NCBI GenBank assembly: GCA_026129095.1
Contig: JAHCIT010000004.1
Span: forward strand, 186,001-250,000
DNA: 64,000 nucleotides
Direction: 5' to 3'
From: Deltaproteobacteria bacterium
GTDB taxonomy: Bacteria > JAGRBM01 > JAHCIT01
Part shown: positions 36,271 to 45,210 of the stretch, one piece after another
Position numbering within the stretch: position 1 is the first letter of the stretch
Layout: each line of letters starts with the position of its first letter
Notes under the pieces: model-generated
Databases searched by the model: none
What the model saw: the letters and a program-made list of their open reading frames with translations, nothing else
What the model was told of the DNA's origin: nothing
Position numbers and translations under genes: made by a program

Positions 36271-37625
36271 GGGGCGGGGGTGCTCACCACGCCCGGCTCG
36301 CGCCGGCGCTCGATCAGGTAAAAACGCAGGTCGCTGGAACGCTCAGCCTCGACCATGAACCGCTCCAGCCCCTCGACCGCCTTGATGGCAGCGCGCACGT
36401 CATCGAGATTCTTCACCGCCCTGCCCTCTATCCGGCGGATCACGTCACCCGGCAGCATCCCCACCTCGTCGGCGGGGCCGCCCCGGACAACGTAGGAGAC
36501 GATCGCCCCTTCCATCGAATCGAGCTTGCGGGTGAGCATCACGTCCGTGGTGATGTCCTGGACGAAGAAGCCGTACTGGGTCTCGACCGTCTCGGGCCGT
36601 ACCTTGGGCTGGGTGCCGACCGTGACTTTCACCGTCGCCGGCTGGCCGTCCCGGATCCGCACGATCTCGACCACTTCCCCCGGCTGGGTGGCGGCCACCA
36701 TGCGGGTGAAGGCCATCACGTCCGTCTCATCAGGCACGTCCACCTCGGTCCCGCCAAACCGTGTCACGATGTCCCCCGGCCTCAGGCCCGCCGCGTCGGC
36801 CGGTGAGCCCGGCATCACGCGGTTTACCACCGCGCCGGTTTCCCCCTGGAGTTTCCAGTAAGAGGCGAGCTTGCGGGTCAGCGGCTGGAAGCTGACGCCA
36901 AGCCACCCGCGCCGGATCGACCCGCGCTCCATGATGCTCTGGTGGACGCCAAGGGCCGTCTCGATGGGGATGGTGAGGCCAATGCCCCGCCCGGCAGCAA
37001 TGGAGTTGATCCCCACCACCTCGCCGCTGAAGTTCACCAGCGGCCCGCCGGAGGAGCCCTGGTCTATCAGTGCGTCGGTCTGGATGAACTCGTTGATGAC
37101 ACCCTTGAACCGCAGGTTCCTGCCCTTGGCCTGGACAATGCCGAACGAGACGCTCCCGTCCAGCGCGTAGGGATTTCCGATGGCGAGCACCAGCGAGCCC
37201 ACCTTGAGATCGGCCGACTTGCCGAACTTCGCCGGGCGCAGGCTCTTTGCGTGCTTGCCGGGGTCTATCCTGATCACGGCGAAATCGGTCTGGGCGTCCT
37301 CGCCGAGCACTTCCGCCGCGAACGATTCGCGTATGCCCGGTACCGTCACCGTCACCTTGGTGGCGTTTTCGATGACGTGCTGGTTGGTGAAGAGCACTCC
37401 GTCGCGTCCGAAGATGATCCCCGATCCGGTGACGATCTGCTGGTCGTTGTTCCGCCGGAGCACGGCCTCGATGAACACGACCGAGGGAGTGACCTCCTTC
37501 GCGACGCGGATGATGTCGTTTTCCAGGTCGCGCAGGGCGCGGCTCGTCTGGGCGGCCGAGGGAGCCGGTTGCAGGAGTGCGGCGGCCGCCAATGCGGCCA
37601 TGAGCACCAGATGGAACCGGCTCAG
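36267..37625 (-). CDS. DegP/HtrA serine protease with two PDZ domains; start uncertain (CTG 37625 or ATG 37601)
   Basis: Signal peptide, GSGII, TNQHV, TDFAV, QTDALIDQGSSGGPL, two PDZ domains. Confidence 0.88.
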   Translation of the reverse strand: MSRFHLVLMAALAAAALLQPAPSAAQTSRALRDLENDIIRVAKEVTPSVVFIEAVLRRNNDQQIVTGSGIIFGRDGVLFTNQHVIENATKVTVTVPGIRESFAAEVLGEDAQTDFAVIRIDPGKHAKSLRPAKFGKSADLKVGSLVLAIGNPYALDGSVSFGIVQAKGRNLRFKGVINEFIQTDALIDQGSSGGPLVNFSGEVVGINSIAAGRGIGLTIPIETALGVHQSIMERGSIRRGWLGVSFQPLTRKLASYWKLQGETGAVVNRVMPGSPADAAGLRPGDIVTRFGGTEVDVPDETDVMAFTRMVAATQPGEVVEIVRIRDGQPATVKVTVGTQPKVRPETVETQYGFFVQDITTDVMLTRKLDSMEGAIVSYVVRGGPADEVGMLPGDVIRRIEGRAVKNLDDVRAAIKAVEGLERFMVEAERSSDLRFYLIERRREPGVVSTPAP

Positions 37626-38416
37626 GCGGCCGGCTGCTTCTCGAAACCGAGCCGGTGGCTGATCTGCCGGGCGGCGTCGATCACGGCGGGCGCCAGCTCC
37701 CGGGCGATCCGTTCGTCGCCCATGCGCGAACTGGGGCCGGACAGTGTGATGGCTCCGGCCGGATGGCGGGTATGATCGAAAATCGGGACGGCCACGCATT
37801 TCACGCCCTCTTCATATTCTTCGTTATCAGTGGCGTAACCGCCGGAGCGGACCCGGTTCAAGTGCTCGACGAACTCGCCCCGGTCAATGATCGTGCGGGC
37901 GGTGTAGGCGGTGAGGCTGGCCAGCGGGAATATCCGCTTGATTTCATCTTCGGACATGTGCGCGAGCATCGCCTTGCCAACGGCCGTACAGTGAACCGGA
38001 AGCCGCAACCCCACCCGTGGCACCACCCGGATCACGTGGGTGGACTCGACCACATCGAGGTAAACCATCTGGCCGTCCCGGAGGATGGCGACGTAGGCCG
38101 TTTCGTTGGTCTTCCGGACGAGGTCTTCCAGCACCGGGCGAGACGACTGGACGAGGCCGGACTGCTGGATGAACGTCTGGCCGAGTTCCAGGGCGCGGAT
38201 GCCGAGCCGGTAGTTCCCCGTCACCGGGTTCTGCTCGATATATCCGTGGTGCTCCAGCGTGGCGAGCAGGCGGAACACGTTGTTCTTGTGCAGCTTGAGC
38301 CGCTTGGCCAGTTCCGTCACGCCCAGTTCGTCGCTTGCCGAGGACTTGAACTCCTCCAGAAGCTCCAGCGCATGCGAAACCGCCTGAATGGTGTAGTCCG
38401 ACTTCTGCCGTTTCAT
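37622..38416 (-). CDS. IclR-family transcriptional regulator
   Basis: HTH LGVTELAKRLKLHKNNVFRLLATL; HCTAVGKAMLA; CVAVPI. Confidence 0.93.
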   Translation of the reverse strand: MKRQKSDYTIQAVSHALELLEEFKSSASDELGVTELAKRLKLHKNNVFRLLATLEHHGYIEQNPVTGNYRLGIRALELGQTFIQQSGLVQSSRPVLEDLVRKTNETAYVAILRDGQMVYLDVVESTHVIRVVPRVGLRLPVHCTAVGKAMLAHMSEDEIKRIFPLASLTAYTARTIIDRGEFVEHLNRVRSGGYATDNEEYEEGVKCVAVPIFDHTRHPAGAITLSGPSSRMGDERIARELAPAVIDAARQISHRLGFEKQPAA

Positions 38417-38560
38417 GGAAACCCCTGCCGCCCCGGGCCCGCCCCAACGCCAATTCTGTCCATTTCGACCCACCGCGTCAATCCAGAAATGACGCCTTAC
38501 GTTATCCAGGTGCCAAAAGACCTGAATAGTCAAGTAAATACAGTGACTTATAAATATCTC

Positions 38561-39865
38561 TTACGACTGCTCGACCCGCAGCCGGTGGGGAACCGATAGC
38601 AGGAACGGCCTGCTCTGGACGGCTTCAAGGGCCTTGAGGAGCCCCTTTTCGGCGACGGGGTGGGTCATCATCACGACCTCGACCGGGTGATCCCCGGTTT
38701 CGCCATCCGACTGGACCATACGGGCGATGGAAACCCCGTTCTGGCCAAGTGCCTGGGCAAGGGCGGCGAGCACCCCCGGCTCATCACGGACCTCGAACCG
38801 GAGGAAAAATGGCGAAGCCATCGCGGCGAGGTCGGCCGGAACGCCCGCCTCCAGCCGGTTATGGCCGAATACCGGCACCCGCCCCCGGCAGCCGAGACCG
38901 CGCACGGCCTCCAGAATGTCGCCCACAACGGCGGTAGCGGTGGCCCCGCCGCCGGCACCAGCGCCGAAATAGATGGTTGTTCCGAGATTCTCGCTCTCCA
39001 CCAGCACGGCGTTCATGGGACCGTCCACATGGGCGAGCAGGGAGCGCCGGGAGACGAGCACCGGCTCGACGCGTGCCGCGATGCGGCCGTCGGCACCGCG
39101 GGCTGCCGTCCCCAGCAGGCGGATTGCGAAGCCGAAGTCCCCGGCGTAACGGATATCCTTCAGCGACACCGAACTGATGCCGGTGGCCCGAATGGTGCCG
39201 GGCATAAACCGTGCACCGAAGGCGGCCATCATCAGCACGCAGAGCTTGTGGGCGGCATCGATACCGTCGATGTCGAACGATGGATCGGCTTCGGCATAGC
39301 CCAGCCGCTGCGCGTCTTTCAGGACCGGCTCGTACTCGACGCCCCGCTTTTCCATCTCCGTCAGGATGTAGTTGCAGGTGCCGTTGATGATCCCCTTGAT
39401 ACCATTCACGCGATCGCCAGCGAGCCCCTCGCGGAGCGCACGGATCACCGGGATTCCGCCCGCGACGCTCGCCTCGAACAGGAAATCCGCGCCGCCTGAC
39501 CGGCAGGCGTCCAAGATTTCCTCGGCATGGTGGGCGATGAGCGCCTTGTTGGCCGAGACGACGGTCTTGCCCTTGCGGAGCGCGGCGAGCACCAGATCCT
39601 TCGCCGAGGTCACGCCGCCGATCAGTTCGACCACGATCTGCACGTCCCCGTCGTCCACCACAGCCCTGCCATCGGCCGACAGGCGGCACCCGGCCGGAAG
39701 TCCGGGAAACTTCTCGCCGCGCGAGACGCCCCGGTCGGCCGCATGGACCAGCTTTACCGGTTCGCGGAGCTTGTGGCCGAACGAACCATTTTCCCCGCCG
39801 CCCAGAATAGCAGCGGTTTTCAGCCCGACGGTTCCCAGCCCGATGATGCCGACGCCGACGCTCAC
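38561..39865 (-). CDS. hom: Homoserine dehydrogenase with ACT domain
   Basis: GLGTVG, ANKA, FEASVAGGIP, NGTCNYIL, GYAEADP, DEPGVLA; GTGA overlap with the upstream gene. Confidence 0.95.
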   Translation of the reverse strand: MSVGVGIIGLGTVGLKTAAILGGGENGSFGHKLREPVKLVHAADRGVSRGEKFPGLPAGCRLSADGRAVVDDGDVQIVVELIGGVTSAKDLVLAALRKGKTVVSANKALIAHHAEEILDACRSGGADFLFEASVAGGIPVIRALREGLAGDRVNGIKGIINGTCNYILTEMEKRGVEYEPVLKDAQRLGYAEADPSFDIDGIDAAHKLCVLMMAAFGARFMPGTIRATGISSVSLKDIRYAGDFGFAIRLLGTAARGADGRIAARVEPVLVSRRSLLAHVDGPMNAVLVESENLGTTIYFGAGAGGGATATAVVGDILEAVRGLGCRGRVPVFGHNRLEAGVPADLAAMASPFFLRFEVRDEPGVLAALAQALGQNGVSIARMVQSDGETGDHPVEVVMMTHPVAEKGLLKALEAVQSRPFLLSVPHRLRVEQS

Positions 39866-41133
39866 GGTTTCTTCCCTCTGGGGCCCCGCCCGGATCCGGC
39901 GGCGGAAGCCCGGCGGGACGGTTTTTTCGCGGGCGGAGGCAGTTCCGGCGGCTTCTGTAGAGCCAGCTTGATCGCCCGGCAGGCCTGCTTGATGCGGTTG
40001 TGGTTCTCGATCAGCGCAAAACGAACGTGCCCGTCGCCATTCTGGCCGAAACCAATGCCGGGGGCGACCGCCACCCGTGCCTCTCTCACCAGCATCTTGG
40101 AAAACTCCAGCGAACCCATAGCCCGGTGGCTTTCCGGCAGCGGCGCCCACAGGAACATGGTGGCCTTCGGCGCCTCGACCGGCCAGCCGGCGCGATTGAG
40201 GCCGTTCACCAGCCAGTCCCGCCGCTCCTTGTAGAGAAGGCGCACTTCCTCGACCACCGACGGCGGGCTACGGAGCGCCGCCACGGCGGCGATCTGCACC
40301 GGCTGGAACATGCCGTAGTCGAGGTAACTTTTCAGCCTGCCCAGGGCACCGACAATCTTCTGGTTTCCGGCGAGGAAACCCACCCGCCAGCCGGGCATGT
40401 GGTACGACTTGGAAAGCGTGAAACTCTCCACGCACCGCTCGCTCGCGCCCGGTACCTGAAGGATGGACGGCGCACGGTAGCCGTCGAACACGAGGTCCGC
40501 ATAAGCGAGATCGTGAACGACCCACAGGTCATGCCGGTTCGCCAGCTCGACGATCTCCTCGAAAAACCTCAGGTCACAGACATGCGTCGAGGGGTTCGCC
40601 GGGAAACTGACGATGAGGCCCTTCGGCTTCGGCCCCTTGCGCGAGGCGAGCCGCTCCCGGATCCGTTCCAGGAACTCCCCGGTGGTATTCAGGGGAATGT
40701 CCACCGCCGTCCCGCCCGCCAGCACCACGGCCCACCGGTGAATCGGATAACAGGGGTCCGGTACCAGCACGGCGTCCCTGGCCTCCGGATTCACGATGGC
40801 GAACATGAGGTGCGAAAGCCCCTCTTTCGAACCGATGGTCGCGATCACCTGGTTGTCGGGATTGAGCCGGACATCGAACTTGGCCGCGTACCAGTCGGCG
40901 ACCGCCAGACGCAACCCCCGGATTCCCACCGAAAGCGAGTAGCGGTGGTTGCGCCCGAGCTGGGCGGCCTCGACCAGCTTGTCCACGATGTGCTTCGGGG
41001 TCGGATGGTCGGGATTTCCCATGCCGAAATCAACCACGTCCTCGCCGCGTGCCCGCGCCTCGGACCTCAGCTTGGTAACTTCAGCCAGAATATATGGAGG
41101 AAGCAGTCCGACCCGGTAAAAATTGAAGTCCAT
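39862..41133 (-). CDS. alaC: PLP-dependent aminotransferase class I (AlaC-like)
   Basis: DFGMGNPD, GSKEGL, HDLAY, SKSYHMPGWRVG, KSYLDYG; position upstream of hom. Confidence 0.85.
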   Translation of the reverse strand: MDFNFYRVGLLPPYILAEVTKLRSEARARGEDVVDFGMGNPDHPTPKHIVDKLVEAAQLGRNHRYSLSVGIRGLRLAVADWYAAKFDVRLNPDNQVIATIGSKEGLSHLMFAIVNPEARDAVLVPDPCYPIHRWAVVLAGGTAVDIPLNTTGEFLERIRERLASRKGPKPKGLIVSFPANPSTHVCDLRFFEEIVELANRHDLWVVHDLAYADLVFDGYRAPSILQVPGASERCVESFTLSKSYHMPGWRVGFLAGNQKIVGALGRLKSYLDYGMFQPVQIAAVAALRSPPSVVEEVRLLYKERRDWLVNGLNRAGWPVEAPKATMFLWAPLPESHRAMGSLEFSKMLVREARVAVAPGIGFGQNGDGHVRFALIENHNRIKQACRAIKLALQKPPELPPPAKKPSRRASAAGSGRGPRGKKP

Positions 41134-41284
41134 CTAAAGCCTGCACTGGCACCCGCGCCTCAAGGACAAGGCACATACACGGCCTGACAAACCGGAATCA
41201 AATCCGGGGGTTGGAGGGCTTTCCATACCCGCTGCCGGTAGCCGCGGTTCCCCTTCCCCCGGGCGATTGAACTAGACTGCCCCC

Positions 41285-42688
41285 GTGCAGCTCAAACCGG
41301 AACAGAAAAAGCGGCTGGAGGATTTCCGGCTGGTCGTGCAGGGGCTGGGACTGGACGCCGCCGAACTGGAGGAAACCGTCCAGACAGCCGAGCGGTACGA
41401 GCTGTTCTGCCTGCTCCAGGAGACACCGTTTTCGGAAACCAGTTTCCGCAGCTACCTGGCCGCTCTTGGCAAGGGCACGCTCCCTCCGGAAGAACAGAAA
41501 CACCAGCGCGACCGGCTGCAGCGCTACTACCATGCCTTTTACAGGACGCTGAAGGAATCCGCGAAGGAGCCTGCCGGGACACCCGGCGAGAACCTGCCGC
41601 CTGCCGTTTCTTTGGCCCCTGCCGCACCCGTGCGTGAGCCGCTGAAACCCCTCCGCGGTAGCATCACCTGTCCCAAGTGCGGCACCCAGCAGACCGAAAG
41701 CGCCGAGTGCATCAAGTGCGGGGTCGTGTTCGCCAAGATCGGCATCGGCAAGGACGCCATCCAGGGTGCCGTGCTGCCGGGCGACCTCGCTTTCCAGCGG
41801 GCGCGGTTCGAGAACGACCGCACGACAGCGCAGCTCCTGTGGATGCTGTTTGCCTATGTCGCCATGCCGCTGGTGTTCGTCTTTGTCATCGGCACGTACG
41901 AGCTTTCCCACCGGGAGCAGCGGACCGCCCTCAGCCGGGCCCATACCGATCTCGACAACCTGAAGAATGAGTCGAAACGGGAGACCGGGTCCGCGGGCGA
42001 TGAAAAGGCGCTGTGTGAACTGCTCCGCGGGCGAGCGCTGCCTGCCGCGTTCACTCTCAATTACCGTCCGGTTCTTCGAGAGGACGACGGCGGCGACGTA
42101 CCCGCCACGTTCGTCCTCGCCAGCAACCAGGGCGAGCGGGCCGTGTTCGAAATCGAGCAGGCAGTCATCACCTCGGAACGGTGGATCGACGCTGGCACCG
42201 GAAACCCCGCTGACGACTTCACGTCCCGGGTCGCCTACGAGAGGGAAATGTACAGCCGGAATCTCGGCGAATATGATTTCGCCAGGAACTCCCGCACGCT
42301 CCGGCCGGGCGAGCCAAAACCTGCCCGCGAGGTCAACGTCAATATGGCCGGCTATCTCGACCAGCCCGGGCGCTACGACTTCGAGTTCCTGTTCCGGCTC
42401 CGTTCGGCCGAGCCTTCGGCCCTGCGAATCCCGGACCGGGTCAACTGGACAGAACTCAGGGTCCGCTGTCCGGTTCGTGGCGTGACCTATATTCCGCAGG
42501 CCGTACGTCAGCAGCGCGAGGCCGCCTACGAGCAGCAGATCACCGATCAGGAGGACCGGATTGCCGGGCTGGAGCACCGGGTGGGACGGACCGCCCTCAT
42601 ACGGAATACGCTCCGGATCGCGGTCGTGCTCTATGGCATCTGGGTCTACTATTCGATCCGGCCACGCAGGGAGGGCGAGCTGGCCTAG
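41285..42688 (+). CDS. Hypothetical membrane protein with zinc ribbon
   Basis: CPKC...CIKC followed by a TM segment, a large probable extracytoplasmic region and a C-terminal TM segment. Confidence 0.6.
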   Translation: MQLKPEQKKRLEDFRLVVQGLGLDAAELEETVQTAERYELFCLLQETPFSETSFRSYLAALGKGTLPPEEQKHQRDRLQRYYHAFYRTLKESAKEPAGTPGENLPPAVSLAPAAPVREPLKPLRGSITCPKCGTQQTESAECIKCGVVFAKIGIGKDAIQGAVLPGDLAFQRARFENDRTTAQLLWMLFAYVAMPLVFVFVIGTYELSHREQRTALSRAHTDLDNLKNESKRETGSAGDEKALCELLRGRALPAAFTLNYRPVLREDDGGDVPATFVLASNQGERAVFEIEQAVITSERWIDAGTGNPADDFTSRVAYEREMYSRNLGEYDFARNSRTLRPGEPKPAREVNVNMAGYLDQPGRYDFEFLFRLRSAEPSALRIPDRVNWTELRVRCPVRGVTYIPQAVRQQREAAYEQQITDQEDRIAGLEHRVGRTALIRNTLRIAVVLYGIWVYYSIRPRREGELA

Positions 42689-43419
42689 AACCCCAGCTCA
42701 TGCCGGAGCGAAAGCAGGTCGAGTGTCTTGGCGAGCCGTTCGACCGAGGGGATCAGGACGGCCGTCTTTTCCAGTTTCACGATGCCCTTGTCGCGGAGCG
42801 TGAGAATCACCCGCTTCACCTGGGTGACATCGACACCCATCGTCTCGGCCATCTCGCGGGGAGTGATATTGACGTGGACCCCGTCATCGGACGGAAGTCC
42901 CTTGTCATCAGCGATCTGGAGCAGCGCATTGATCACGCGGCTCTCGATATCGTGATACAGCAGGTTGACGATGTGGTTGTCGGCGTTCTGGAGACGCGAG
43001 GCGAGCGTCTTGATGATCCGGATGGCGAGACCCAGGTTGTTGACGATCAGCTTTTCAAAGCCTTCCTGCTGGAACCGGAGCAGGCGGACGTTCGTGGCCG
43101 CCTCGGCCGACAGGCTGCGGGGCCGGTGGTTGAGCACCGACATCTCGCCGAAGAATTCGCCGGGACCGACTGTTTGCAGCACCTTCCGGGTGCCGCGGAT
43201 CAGCTTGAACAGCTTCACCTTCCCTTCCTGGACGATGTACATCTCGCCGCCGGCATCGCCCTCATGGAAGATCATCTCGCCGGCCCTGTATTCGGATCCG
43301 AAGCGTTCAAAAACACGGACCCGCTCGGCGGATGCCTCCGCCGCCTCGATCTCGTAGGTCTTGTCGACCAGGTGCTCGGTTTCGCCGGTCAGCACGTTCG
43401 CCGGCTTGCTGTCAGACAC
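42685..43419 (-). CDS. Crp/Fnr-family transcriptional regulator
   Basis: IFHEGD, GEFFGEMS...PRS cNMP-binding motif, C-terminal HTH. Confidence 0.9.
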   Translation of the reverse strand: MSDSKPANVLTGETEHLVDKTYEIEAAEASAERVRVFERFGSEYRAGEMIFHEGDAGGEMYIVQEGKVKLFKLIRGTRKVLQTVGPGEFFGEMSVLNHRPRSLSAEAATNVRLLRFQQEGFEKLIVNNLGLAIRIIKTLASRLQNADNHIVNLLYHDIESRVINALLQIADDKGLPSDDGVHVNITPREMAETMGVDVTQVKRVILTLRDKGIVKLEKTAVLIPSVERLAKTLDLLSLRHELGF

Positions 43420-43487
43420 TCAATGTGCCGCCTTTCCAGGGGCCCATAACTTATACGGGAATCGCCGGATTTTCCACTGGCGGGGTT

Positions 43488-44843
43488 TCAGCGGCGCCCG
43501 CAGGCCGCTTCCACGTCGGCGGGCGCCTTGGGAACCACGGTCAGGTCCAGCGGCGGCCCGCTGGGCCGGATCACCACGTCATCTTCTATGCGGATACCGC
43601 CGAAATCCAGATACTTCTCGGCCAGTGCGAAGTTCACCATGCCGCGCAGCTTCTTCCGGCGGATGGGGCTCCTGATCAGCGCCTCGATGAAATAAAGTCC
43701 CGGCTCGACCGTGACAACGAACCCCGGCTCCAGTTTCGCGTTGAACCGGAGTACCGGCCGGCCCCGTGTGCGGAGCTTGCGCCGGCGGCCGCCCGTCACG
43801 TCATGGACGTCGAGCCCCAGCATGTGCGACAGGCCGTGCGGGTAGAACAGGGCGACGGCACCCGCCTCGACCAGTTCCGAGATACCGCCCTTCAGGAAGC
43901 CGAGATCCTTCAGGCCTTCGCCGAGCACACGGAGCGAATGGATATGCAGTTCCGCGCTCGTGATGCCCGCCCTCGCCCGGCTGATGCACTCGACCTGGGC
44001 AGCCAGGACCACCTCGTAGAGGTCACGCTGGCGGCGGGTGAACTTTCCAGACACCGGAAACGTGCGCGTGATGTCGGCCGTGTAGCCCCGGTACTCGCCG
44101 CCCGCGTCCACCAGCAGAAGCTCGCCCGCCTGCATCCGGCGATTGTTCGACTGGTAGTGGAGCACGGCGCTGTTCGGACCGCTGGCGACGATCGACGGAT
44201 ATCCCTCGTGGCGCATGCCGGAAGCCCGGAACTCCCGCTCCAGATCCGCCTGCACCTCGAACTCGTACCGGCCCGGCCGGGCGGCGCGCATGGCCGCCAG
44301 GTGCCCGCGCGCGCTCTGCTCGTTGGCATAGCGGAGCAGCCCGATCTCGCCCGGCGTCTTGACGGCGCGCAGTTCCTGAAGCGCCTCACGGAAGGGGCCC
44401 GTCTTTTTCACCAGGCCGCGAGATGCGGGGGGCTTCACCAGGGAAAGTCCGGCGGCGTTGCCGTAAACCTGCCGGTACCCGCGCCTCCGGCGCGTGACCT
44501 CCCGCGGAAGTTCGCCGAGGTAGTGTGCGCGCCGGATACCGTAAAACCGTGCGGCCTCGGACGGCGAGGGAATATGGCCGCGCCAGACAATCTGTTTTTC
44601 GTCCACCGGCGGAACGAACAGGACCGACTCCCGGCGGCGCGGGTCCAGAAGCAGCACAAAATCGGGCTCCTCGATGCCGGTCAGATAAAGGAAGTCCGAT
44701 GACTGCCGGAACAGGTAGGCGACGTCGTGGTTGCGGACTGTTTCCGAATCGGCGCGCACAAGAATGAGCCCGTCGGGCAGTTTCTCCATCAGCGCCCGTC
44801 GGTGCTGTTCGTGAAAACCGTAGTGGTTGGGCAATGCTGGCAA
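43488..44843 (-). CDS. pepP: Xaa-Pro aminopeptidase
   Basis: FRQSSDFLYLTG, DAG...ADITRT, HMLGLDVHD, VEPGLY, GIRIEDD. Confidence 0.92.
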   Translation of the reverse strand: MPALPNHYGFHEQHRRALMEKLPDGLILVRADSETVRNHDVAYLFRQSSDFLYLTGIEEPDFVLLLDPRRRESVLFVPPVDEKQIVWRGHIPSPSEAARFYGIRRAHYLGELPREVTRRRRGYRQVYGNAAGLSLVKPPASRGLVKKTGPFREALQELRAVKTPGEIGLLRYANEQSARGHLAAMRAARPGRYEFEVQADLEREFRASGMRHEGYPSIVASGPNSAVLHYQSNNRRMQAGELLLVDAGGEYRGYTADITRTFPVSGKFTRRQRDLYEVVLAAQVECISRARAGITSAELHIHSLRVLGEGLKDLGFLKGGISELVEAGAVALFYPHGLSHMLGLDVHDVTGGRRRKLRTRGRPVLRFNAKLEPGFVVTVEPGLYFIEALIRSPIRRKKLRGMVNFALAEKYLDFGGIRIEDDVVIRPSGPPLDLTVVPKAPADVEAACGRR

Positions 44844-44922
44844 GCTGGTCAGAACTCCGCTGGACGCTTTTACCCCTGCGACCGGGCGCGGGACAACCCG
44901 GCAGTCCAGTTGTGTATACGAG

Positions 44923-44936
44923 TTGATCTAAATCAC
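44923..44936. promoter_or_regulatory. Candidate Fnr/Crp-type binding site
   Basis: TTGAT-ctaa-ATCAC, a 9/10 match to TTGAT-N4-ATCAA, in the divergent pepP/TPR intergenic region. Confidence 0.45.
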
Positions 44937-45210
44937 GGGACTGACAGGGATTTTCCGTTTTGGTCAATCGCCCCAGCCTGCAGAACGTCGCGCCGCGTCA
45001 TCCGGCAATCCCCGTCCCGACACGCAAATAGTGGCGTAACTATCTAATTTCGCTTGTTATTCCTTATGGTTTCGTCACCCAATGAGTGCTAATTTAAGAG
45101 TCATAAAACGCTGCGTGGTGGCAGCCGTTGGTTCGGGATGGGAACAGGAATGTTTCCTGACCGGCGTCAGCCTTTAGGGTGAACCGGTTTCAAGCTTAGG
45201 GTTAGCAGTT

